Assembly (NCBI GenBank): GCA_964016885.1 | Contig: OZ024741.1 | Coordinates: forward strand, 85,560,001-85,624,000 | Length of the DNA: 64,000 nucleotides | Direction: 5' to 3' | From: Eledone cirrhosa | Lineage: Eukaryota | Shown here: positions 52,701 through 64,000 of the stretch, in pieces | Layout: each line of letters begins with the position of its first letter | Position numbering within the stretch: position 1 is the stretch's first letter | Notes under the pieces: generated by a model | Told to the model about the DNA's origin: nothing | Databases searched by the model: none | Seen by the model: only the letters and a program-made list of their open reading frames with translations | Position numbers and translations under genes: made by a program

Positions 52701-55561
52701 CGACTACTTTAAATTGTGGACAATCTACACTAACCTTATCTGTTTCCCTACAGAATACCCTATACGATTTGGATGACCCGATGCGGTTTTCCCATGTCCA
52801 CATTGGCACATTCAGATAAACCAGTCTATACCTGTCAGACAGTTCAAAACGTCTGAGCAGGTTGTTGATGCTTTTACACCCTCCTGCCTTGTCTACTAGC
52901 CCCACATAATCCCAGCGTGCATCTAAGATACCGTTCCAGTCGCCCACTAACACTAAAGAGTGGGACATCCAAGAAAGGTCTCTAGACGTCAGAAGAAATC
53001 TGGCCGTCCTGCCCCTGTTGGGTTGTAGACGGCTACTAGCCTGAAAGCATTGCCTTCGCTGCCGGTCACGTCCAGAACCACCGACTTACCTTGTCCAAGA
53101 AGATGGCCCGTATGGCGAGATCCAAGCCTCTCCGAAAAAACACGGCAACCCTTCCCCCGATCCTGGACGGCTGGGAGATGCATATACATCGTAGCCGCCG
53201 AAGATTGGTGCGAAGGCTCGTGCTTCGGAGATTCTAGTCTCGCTGATGGCCACCACATCTATGTTTAGTGAGCAGGTGACCCTGCTTCCAAGATGACCCC
53301 AGGCCACGTACATTTATAATGCCTATTCTAAGTACGGCCATGTTGGATGAGAAACGGGGTAAGTGAGAAAGGATCACTTGCCTTGATCGTGTGGTGAAGG
53401 GACAGTAGAACCGTCCCTTTGGCTGGTCATGGGTGTTTCCAAGAGGATGTCGGTGTATATCCTTTTGGTAACTGACCCTCTGAAGTCTCCAACTGCGTTG
53501 GGGAATTTTTCTTTTAACAGATTGTAATGTTCTATTTTGATTTCAATTATGTTAATGTTTTTCGGGAGAGTTCTTGGTGTTGGTGGGGTGTAGTAGTTTT
53601 TTCTGTGATGTCTGTGTGCTGCTTTATATGTTGTAAGAGTTCTTTATTTGCCATGTTTATGGCTGTGTACTTTTTGCGGGGAGGGGTGATTTTGTTGCTG
53701 TTTTCTTATTGTTGCTGTTGGGTGTGTGTATTTTGTTGTGTTTGCGATGTTGGTGTTTTTGGAGATGCTGGTGGTGGTGTAATTGTTGTTGGTGGTGATG
53801 CTCATGGTGATGATGGTGGTAGTGTTGCTGCAAGTCTCCTTGCAGCCTTTAACCCTCTTTGTTTGCCTTCGCTTTTGGAGGGTGATGCTAAGGGGTTTTT
53901 CCTTTTTTGTTTTTTGTGGCAGACCGTTTACCACTTCCCTCCCGCCCCATACTCCATGTCAGATTCGGTGGCGTCTGGCAGGGGTATGAGCTCCACTGCT
54001 GTTGGTGGTGGTAGTGGAGCCCGCTCCGTGGGTTTTGCCGCCGGTGTAGCTACTGCGACTGTTGGTGTTCCAGCCACTGCTGCCACTGCTTTAGTTGTCC
54101 GTGGCCTTGGTATGGGTGCCACGGACGTTGCTCTCCTACTCACCATGGAAGGGTCTTCTGCCTCTGTTGCCTGTCCTGCTCTTGGTAGCAGCGGATCAGG
54201 CGTCGGAAGGAGGAGGCCCTCTTCTTGGCTATCTTCTGCAGACAGAAGGCCCTGAGGTGACCCTTCTGCCCACAGAGATAGCACTTTGGGCGCCTTCCTT
54301 CCACGCTTATCGTTAGTTGGAGTCCTTCTTCGAGGTCTATGTTGTCTGGGATGGCCTCGATGCACTCCTGGTCAGTCTGTATTAGCATTTGCATGCCTAT
54401 TCCTGACCAGTTCTCTCTTCCCATTCTTGCAATATGGTAGTCTTCTCCTCGATTCCAGCCAGTACAGACGCGGCCAGCCAAGGTATGGGCACGTCGGGCG
54501 GGACCTGGATCACTTTGACTCTCACAATTTTCTGCCCGCAGTAGGAGGGCACCAAGACTATCTCCCCACCCTTTAGGGTTTCCAAAGAGTGAGACTTCGC
54601 CTCTTGGGGGGTGGCGAAAAGTACGTATACTGTGGCGTACTTTTTGCCTGAATGATGTGGGTTTTGCGCGCCCAGACGCACCCCAAGGCCTTTTGGATTT
54701 GAGCCTTCGTGGCTCTCTCCACCCGATGTGACATTTTGCTTACGGTGCGGTAAGTCACCGTGCGCAGCTGCTGGTCTTTGAAGAAATCGGGTGGAGGTTT
54801 TAGGGAAACTCTATTGTCGTTTCTTGACACCGTGGCTCTTGCGACTGCCATCTCCTCCTCCGTGACTAGCACTGTCTCTATATTTCGGCCCACACCTGCG
54901 AATGAAGTGGCCCCTTTTTCAGCGGCACCATTATTGCTGCCGCTACTACTGCTATTGGTCTTGTTGTTGGTGCTGTTGCTGTTGGTACAAACGTTGTTGT
55001 TGGTGTTGTTGCTGTTATCACTGTTGTAGTTGGTTGTGTTTTTGGTGCCACCGTTGTTGTTGTTTTCGGTGCAATTTGTATTGTTGTTGGTGTTGTCGTT
55101 GTTTATTTTCTTGTTAGTGGTGTTAATATCGTTGTTGCATTTGTTGTCATTTTTTTCTGTTGTCTGTATTTTGGTTGACGCTGTTATTTTTATAGTCGGT
55201 GTGGTAATCCTTTTTAAATTAGTGTTCTCAGTGGTGTTGTCTTTGTTCACGTTGTTTGTGTTGGTGTTTGTTGTATGAATTTCTGTAATCCTCCTCTCAA
55301 CTTTTACGCCGTTGTCACACGACAGCAGACATATTGTTGGGGGGCGTGGTTTAGCCATGTTTTTTTTATTTTTAAAAGTAAAATGTTCAAATAATAATCA
55401 AATATTTGGGCCAAAAGGCCCAAATATTATACTTTCCCCTTCACAGGGCAAAGTCAAAGGGCTTATATCCCTTACACAACAAGAAAAATTAAGCAACAAA
55501 TAATTATAACAAGTAAATAAAGCGACTTTCTGAGGGCGAGCAAAAAGCGTCCGAACAGACC
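49717..55561 (-). mobile_element. Full-length Tx1 LINE (copy C), degraded
   Basis: ORF1 pieces 54573-55358 (Asn-rich) and 54140-54481 (CYLCGQKGHLRAFC). ORF2 runs from ATG 53341 to stop 50014 with APE and RT motifs. (TAA)n at both ends. Confidence 0.93.
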
Positions 55562-55579
55562 AATAATAATAATAATAAT

Positions 55580-55735
55580 AATGGTTTCTTATATAGGCAC
55601 AAGGCCAGCAATTTTGGGGGAGGGGAAAGTCGATTAAATCGACCCCAGTGCGTGACTGGTACTTTATTTTATCGACCCCTTAAGGATGAAAAGCAAAGTT
55701 AACCTCGGCGGGATTTGAACTCAGATCGTAAAGGG
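55580..55735 (-). mobile_element. SINE family 1 body and tail fused to the 3' UTR of Tx1 copy D
   Basis: B box, central domain and tail are present. The A-box half is replaced by Tx1 3' UTR at a shared AAGGG. Confidence 0.85.
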
Positions 55736-58700
55736 CCGACATATAGGGGACAATACAAAAGACTGGGACAGTGGGGGTTTACATATACAACGTGTAAACA
55801 ATAATAACAATAACAAAATAACAAGAAAAATACAACAAGAAAAATTTCCCAATAGGGGGCTATGAGCACCCAGGATGCACTCAGGTACCCCACTAATCCT
55901 GAACGACCCGACGCTTCTAGAGCACCTGGGAAGGGCACCCCTCTCCTCCTCAAATTCACCCACCTACAGGCGCATGATCAGAGTAGGCCCACTCACACGG
56001 GCCATTTTCGCCATATTCACCCACCTTTCAGCAAATGTACCGGAGGGCATCTCTCTCCACCCTCAACTTCCTTTCCAGTTGAAACTTGAAAAAGTTGATG
56101 AGGGATTGGCCGAAGAGAAAAGTGTCTGTCTTCAGTCCTTTCAACCTGGTCCACCATACAACCTCTTTCGCTACTGCCACCAGACAGAGAAAAATTGCCT
56201 CTCCATCCTGGCCAAAAGAAGGAAGCGGGTCGATCTTCACTATGGACTCGGCCGATAGCCGGATCCGTTCTACACGCGACAACAGCTGTTCGACATAACT
56301 CCACAAGTCAGTAATGCACGGACACTGGACGAGTGCGTGCAGAACGGTTTCGTCGCTCCGCGCGCATCTCGGGCAGGTCCGTCTGACAGCACTTCTGTGC
56401 CTATAGTGTTTATCTCGAACCGGTAGTGCCCCTCGGTAGCACTGCCAAGCGAGGGATTTTTGGAAATTATCCATTGTCTCCGGCTCGAAAGTCCTCCGGA
56501 ACAGACTGGTTAGTTCGACTTCGTCGACGCCCAGAGCCTCTCCGAGTGCGTCATCACACTTGCCCACCACTAATCCTCTATAGAACTCGAGAGTGGAAGT
56601 TCCACTGACCGCATTGCTCGCCTTGTAGAGGGCAGTGAGTGCCTGGCAGCATTCCAGATGCCAATCACCCAGACTTGGTCTCTTCTTGACCCAGGACTGC
56701 AGCTCAGTCAAAGAGACGAGCTGCGGAAAATCCCGTCTGACAAACGGCGACCACACCTGTTCACCGTTTAGGCAGAATATCTGGAGATGCCGCAGCCTGA
56801 GTGCATGTCTGCGCATTATTAGCCACGGCATGCCCAGCCCTCCACGTAGAGGGTGCTGGCAGCAAATGGACCGCCTCACCAACGGAGCCTGACCTCTCCA
56901 CAAGAATTTGAAGAGGAGCCGTTCCAAGTTGGCGATGCGTGAACGGGGGCAAGGGACGACGGTCAGACGGTAGTAGATGACGGACGCGATGTACGCGTTC
57001 GCCACCTCCGCCCGACCTTTCAGTGATAGCTTCCTCGCAGCCCATTTCTGGGTGCGACTGGCTACCCTATCAGTCACATCGTCCCAATTCTTATCCACCT
57101 GGAGGTCTGGCACGAACCAAACCCCGAGCAACTTTACCGGTCCGTCCAGCGAATGCTTTCGATTGATCTAAATTGATCAGAGCCCCACCGAAGCCAGGTT
57201 TACACCCTACCCTCTCTATGATGTATCGTATGAGGTGGAGGTTGTTGTGTATGGACCTGGTTGGGATTGTGCAAGTTTGCGTCTCCCCAACCAAATCCTC
57301 GACGACAAGCGCCAACACCTTGGCCAAAATCTTAAACTCTGTGTTGAGCAGAGTTATGGGCCTGAAATTGTCTAATGTGTCCCTCTTGTTCTCGTCTTTC
57401 CTTATCAGCGTCACTACGCCCCGGCTCACAGAACTGGGAATACTCCCGTTCTGCTGCCAGTTGCAGTAGAGCGCTTCGAGGAGATCGGCATATTTATGTA
57501 AAGCTCGTAGGGCAGACCACCCAAACCGGGTGACTTGCACCTCATGCAGCCGACATGGGCATCCTGAATCTCAGCTGAAGTAATCGGTCTTTCGCAGCGC
57601 TCAGCGTCGGCCGTCGATAGTTGCAGCAAGCCATCGAGGTAGGGACTGAAGTCCGCCACCGTCTCTGACCCGCCACTTCACCCGAACAACCGAGCAAAAT
57701 GTTGGCGAAAGGCCTCACACATCCGCTTGGAATCGCTCGGCTAGTATCCGTCTCGGTCCGTCAAAGACCGAATTGTGGTTTTATTACCACGCTGCGCCTC
57801 TGCCAGGCGGGCCCATCGAACAGCTTTGGTTCCTTCGTTTCTCTGACCACGCGCCTTAGCTCTGACAATGCAACCTTCGTGTTTCGCATTGAAGAAATGA
57901 TATAATCCCATTCTCGCCGCTAGCACGTCAGTTGCAATGCCACTACAAATAGCCTCGCCTAACTTATCTACCAACTATTTTTCTATTTTTTTCTAACGCT
58001 ACTTCTTTGCTAAACTCTATCGACATTACTCTAATCTCTCTTTTGAGAGCCCCCCCCCCCCCCCCCACCACCACCACCATCTATTGTTGACGACTTCCCC
58101 TGTCAACTTTTTCTTAACTAAATTGTTGACCCGGTCCCTGTAAGCCTTACGTGCCGGAAATGATATGTTCAGCTTTCAGTAACCAGGTTCTAACCTACGC
58201 GTCTTATCTAAGTCGACCATACAGATCACAAACTTGTGATCTGAATAGGCGACCGTTTTAAAACGTGGACAGCTTACACTATTTCTGTCTATTTTCCTAA
58301 TCAATATCCTGTCTATATACGATCTAGAAGACCCTATGCAGTTGATCCAGGTCCACACTGGCACATTAGGGAAATCTAGTCGGTACCTGTCAGACAGTTG
58401 GAACTGGCTGATCAGATACTTGAGGCTTTTGCACCCTTCGCTCCTATCAGATACTCCCACACAGTCCCAGCGTGCGTCTAAGATACCGTTCCAGTTCCCC
58501 GCTAACAGTAAAGGGCGAGACGTATCCAGAAAGGCTTCCAGGCGTCTAAAGAAGTTCGGCCGTCCTGCACCAGTAGACGGCCACCAGTCTAAAGGCACCA
58601 CCTTCGTTATTGTTCACGTCCAGGACCACCAACTTACTGTCCGTGTCCCGGAAGATCGACCTTACCTCGAGATCCAGGCCTTTCCTAAACAGCACTGCCA

Positions 58701-61016
58701 CCCCACCTCCCATTCCAGGCCGACTAACAGATGTGAAGATCTGATAGTCGTCGAAAATGGGGGCTAGTGCGCACGGGTCGGAAATCCTGGTCTCGCTGAC
58801 GGCAATTACATCCATTTCTAGAGACCTGAGGTCGTTGAGCAGATGACCCTGCTTCCAGGACGATCCCAGGTCTTTAAACTTCCTACACTTAATACGGCCA
58901 TGTTGGCAGGCTAAAAGAGAGCGGAAAGGTTTGCTTACCTTTCGGGCTCTTGTGAAGGTCGGGTGGTTCGACCTCCATAGTTGGTGGGGTTTCTTTTGGG
59001 AACCCCTTTAAAAGTCTTGAAGTTGGTTTTACTTTCGGGGTTCCCACGTCCCGAGGAAAGCTGTCTCGTATCTCTGTATAAATCGAGCGACAGAAACAAA
59101 TCTTCCGGCACTCGAAATGTGCTCGATTTAAAAATTTCTCCCTTTTTTTGTATTTCTTCATTTCGTGCTACGAGGGCCATCAGTTCCTTGGTGGCCCTCC
59201 TGATGAGCACAAAGTTGTGTATGTTTTGTTGGCGTGATTTTTTTTGTTTGCGTGGCTGTGGTGGTGGTGGTGATGGTTTTAATGATGTTGTTTCGGTTGT
59301 GTCTGTGTTTGTTGTGAGTGCGGTGTCTGTGGTTTCAGATGTTTGTGTGTGTATTTGTTCTTGCGTCTGTTTAGGTTGTTTGCGTTTGGGGGATTCTGCT
59401 GATGGTGATGGTGGTGTTGATGTTGGTGCTATTGGAGAGATGTTTGCGTGGGTGGTGTCTGAATTTTTTATTGTGGGGGTTTTTGTGCTTTGTTGAGTTT
59501 TTTTTTTCTTTTTGTGTTTCCTTTTTTGTATTTTTGGGGATTTGGGTTTTCCGTCGTCTTCATTACTGATAGATTATGGGTCTGTGTCTGTAAGTGTGTT
59601 TATGCTTTTATTGATGTGTGTGTGTGTGTGTTTTTTTTTTTTGGGGGGGGGGGTAATTTGACAACTTCCCTCATTTCCCCCCTGGGTAGTCAATGTTGGT
59701 GGTGGTCTTTCTAATAGTGTTGTTGCTGGTGGCTTTTCCGGTGCTGCTGTTGGTTGTGGTCCTCGCCCCGGCGTCGGCAGCAGGTCTTGTTACTTCTATC
59801 AGGACGGTATCCGTCCCGTCCACAATCACACACCCCAGAAGCACCACATGTCAAGTTCTGGTGGGAAGGGTACATTATGACCTTGCTGGTTTTGCAAGAT
59901 GTCATAGCATGTTTCATAGCGAGGGCTTCTGACTTAAACAGCACCGAAATGGTGCCGTATTGTCTTCCCCACGCTATGTTTTCGGTGTCATCTCTGATGC
60001 ACTTCAGCGCAACTTCGACATTTGTTTGTGGAATTAAAGCTGCCCTCTTGGTTTCTGTTGAAATGCATCTGTAATGCACCGTTCTGCGCTCCACTGCTTC
60101 AATAGCTTCTACCGGGACAGTTAAATTGGCCCAGGTTTTCTCTTGCTTGATGAGCTTCCAGGCCTGGGCCAACTTTTCATCTTTGTTCGAGAGGTCCATG
60201 GTGAAGCATGGCCTCTTTTTAGCTGCTGCCGCAGCGAAAGTGTTCTTCTTGTTGTCGTTGGTGGTGTTGTTGTTGTTGTCGTTGTTCTTGTTGGTGTCGT
60301 TGCTGTTATCACTGTTGCTGTTATCATTGCTGTCTTTAGTACCGCCGTTGTTGTTGTTTTCGGTGCAGTTGGTATTGTTGCTGTTAGTGCTGTCGCTGTT
60401 TATGTTCTGGTTAGTGGTGTTAATTTCGTTGTTGTTTTCGTTGATGTTGTTGCTGCTGCTATTGTTGTGGTTGTCACTGTTGTTGATATTGTTGCCTTTG
60501 TTTCTGTTGTTGGTGTTGTTGTCATTATTGCAGTTGTCGTTGATTTTCCTGTCATTGTTGCTGGTGCTGTTGTCGTTCTTGTTCACGACTGTTTTTTTTT
60601 TTTACTGTTTTTTGGTAATGTCGCTGTTGCTGTTGTTGTCATTTTTGTTCTCACTGTTGTTGGTGCTGGTGTTGGCGATATTGCCTGATGTGTTGTTACA
60701 TTTTAAAATTGTTGCGGGAGGGGCAGCGTTTTTAATCTCAAAGTTTGACTCGCTGTCGCAAGACAGCTAAGTCAAAGTTGGGGTCGTGCCTCCACCATGT
60801 TTTGTTTTTTTTTCGGTAAAAAAAATTTTTTACACATACAAAGTTTAAATATTTGGGCGAAAAGGCCCAAATATTATGGGGAGTCCTTTCTTGGGGGCAA
60901 ACACTAAAGTCTTATTTCCCGTTTGAAACAAAAATATTAATGACAAACGTATTTCAAACCGTTGAACAAAACAAACTTACGAGCTCACGATAATACGTCC
61001 ATTCGCTTCAACGACC
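55730..61016 (-). mobile_element. Near full-length Tx1 LINE (copy D) with internal deletions in ORF1 and RT
   Basis: ORF1 59711-60586. ORF2 runs from ATG 58901 to stop 55964. The RT jumps from DQSKAF directly to the GPVKLLGVWF region at ~57150. Confidence 0.92.
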
Positions 61017-61029
61017 AATAATAATAATA

Positions 61030-61240
61030 ATTATTTCTACTTTAGGAACAAGGCCAGCAATTACCCAATGCATTACTGGTACTTTATTTTATCGACCCCG
61101 TAAGGATGAAAGGCAAAGTTAACCTCGGCGGGATTTGAACTCAGAATGGCAAGGACCTGAGTTCAAATCCCGCCGAGGGGTCGATAAAATAAAGTACCAG
61201 TAATGCACTGGGTAATTGCTGGCCTTGTGCCAAAAGTAGA

Positions 61241-61245
<5 letters not shown>
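61030..61245. mobile_element. Head-to-head pair of truncated family 1 SINEs
   Basis: CCTCGGCGGGATTTGAACTCAG (~61122-61144) is mirrored at ~61158-61179. Both tails end in (TAA)n. Confidence 0.85.
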
Positions 61246-61287
<42 letters not shown>

Positions 61288-61683
61288 GTTCCTCATGCAA
61301 ATAGAATTCCATACATGAGAAAAACATTAACATAGAGAATGAAGGAAGAACGGTAAAATGGATTTCAAAGAGAAAATAGGATTGTTTTAATTCATCTGAG
61401 AGATCAACAGATTTGGTCTTTGCGATTCTAATTCCAAAACCTATCAAACTCTGCTACAATTCCTTAGTGAATCCTTTCATTTTACAACCGAATTACTAAG
61501 GAATTATGTATGTGTCTGTGCGTATGGAATGCCTGCCGCCATAAGCCGAAAAATTTCCTGTTAATTCAGTTTCATTTTTTCTTTATCTATATTTATCTCT
61601 CCCTCAGTCTCTTTCTCTCTCTTTTTTTCTCTCTCTCTCCTCTCTCTCTCTCTATCTCATTTTCCGATAGCGACTTCGTAATA

Positions 61684-61738
<55 letters not shown>

Positions 61739-61851
61739 TGCGTGCGTGTTATATGATATAATGCTAAAATTATTCTCTAATACTCAATACTTGATATTGT
61801 ACACTATTTACTCGTGTTTGTAAACAAAAACGTACAAATTTCTCTCTCTCG

Positions 61852-62022
<171 letters not shown>

Positions 62023-62273
62023 CATATATATATATGTATATTTATATATGTGTGTATATATATATGGCAAAATCAACAGTTATATTTGAATATGAAAGCA
62101 GTTCCCTTACCGTTAATTGGTTATTGATATGGGGTCATAAATCACAAGTATGTGAAATAAATGAGCTAGATCGAACCTCTGTAAGATAATCGGATCACTT
62201 CAAATATACCACTGGTCTACAATATACGGGCACACACACACGCGCATGTGTCTGTATTTCTCACACACTCTCC

Positions 62274-62353
<80 letters not shown>

Positions 62354-62415
62354 GTGTGTATGTATGTATATATTTGTTTATGTGTGTGAGCGTATATATA
62401 TATATATACACACAT

Positions 62416-62487
<72 letters not shown>

Positions 62488-62848
62488 GATATTAAATAAA
62501 TGGAAACTATATTTATAAAACCATATTTATTTCATTATATATATTTCAGGGATATCATATTAAAAATATGTTATGCCTTCTTCAGACAAAATACAATATA
62601 AACAGTCTTATAAATAGATAGATTTGACATACCTTTCAACTTCACCTTCCATTTAAAAAGTTGATTTGGTAGTGAAAAATATTAGGGACAGTTATAAAAA
62701 GAAAGAAAGAAAAAACGAAGAAAAAGAAGAAATGCATGCAACTAAATAAAGAGAGATAGATATAGAGAGATAGATAGAGAGAAGAAATTCATGTAAAGAA
62801 ACAGAGAGAGATATATAGAGAGAGGAAAAAACACAGAGGGAGATAGAT

Positions 62849-62882
<34 letters not shown>

Positions 62883-64000
62883 AAATATAGAGAGTTAGAT
62901 ATAGATAGAGATAGAGAGAAAGAAAATAGGTAGTTGGGCACCAGTTGAATGACGTATCAATGATATATTTATTTATTTATTTATCTATTTAGCTCTAGTA
63001 TTAATGTAGAGAGAGATATATGTGGTTAGGAGAGAAAACAGCCGTTACATAGAGAGAAAAGAAAAATATCCAGACATAAACGAGGCAGATTTAAAACATT
63101 ATGTTTCATCAATGTAAAAATATCAATTCGTATAAATCAGGCATTATAATGTAAATATCAGTATTCATGAATGAGACACGTATCAATAATGTGTGAAAAA
63201 TAATGATCATATGTCTAGTTTAAAATTCCTAGGTTTATATCAGAGATGTGATAAAATAGAAGGTTATCCCAGATTCGATACTATAGACATCCATGTGAAT
63301 TTACGTGATCAACTCTGCAAATTCCTATTTCACACGAAAACATTCTCATTGTGCTATAAAAATTCTAGTATACATATATGTGTACATACACACAAATATA
63401 TATAGAGTCTACATTAATTTTAACAATACTATTCTTGTCTTTACTCTACATGATTATCGTTCAAGCATAAATAGAGAACAGATATCAATATATCAATGAA
63501 AATATCAGAAACAAAAAAATAAAAAAACAAAAAAATATTAAAAATAAAAATAAAAATATTAAAAATATTAAAAATAAAAATAAAACATAGTATGCCCCGC
63601 AAATCAACCACAGAGATCAACCCTTCAAAGTTAATTGACAAAATATTGCCAAGTTCGTTATAAGCATCAGAATCAAAAGCAAACAAAACCAAAATTATTT
63701 ACCAAATCCTGTCTAGCAGAAATCATTCCAAAAGTTTAGGATACCCATTTGATCTACAGATGGTCTTATATTTAATATAGAAGTTTATCTAGTGTAAAAT
63801 TTATTCGATATATTTGGAGCATCAGCTTTTAGGGTAGTTTAATTATTCATGAAGAATGTTTAAAATAAAAAAGAAATCGAAAGATTTATCGGCGAGTTTC
63901 ATAAATAATTATAAATCAAATTAAATATACTACATTTTAAATTTATATTTATATTTAAAAGTTGAGTTCAATCTATGTCTGCAGCAACTGAATAAATTTG

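Overview
Repeat-saturated animal genomic DNA. The SINE families and microsatellite load suggest a cephalopod (Octopus-like); this is inference. I can support no intact host gene. The window is a nest of decayed retroelements: four Tx1/L1-type LINEs in two tandem pairs, several R4/Dong-like LINEs with a restriction-like endonuclease (RLE), a CRE-like fragment and two Penelope-like element (PLE) remnants with GIY-YIG domains. It also holds tRNA-derived SINEs, a non-autonomous Helitron, and piggyBac-like and hAT-like MITEs. Each retroelement group sits in a different microsatellite type. The most notable hidden layer is non-coding: at least eight minimal type I hammerhead ribozyme motifs from four unrelated repeat families, six of them in inverted-repeat pairs, and all in modules flanked by (TA)n. 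One family has a compensatory U3:A8 core. A second repeat module, marked by the 13-mer GTCGCAGAAACCC, keeps its helices between diverged copies and has no obvious known identity. There are also candidate fragments of a locally duplicated Glu/Lys-rich gene. Coordinates were read by eye and boundaries may be off by a few bases.
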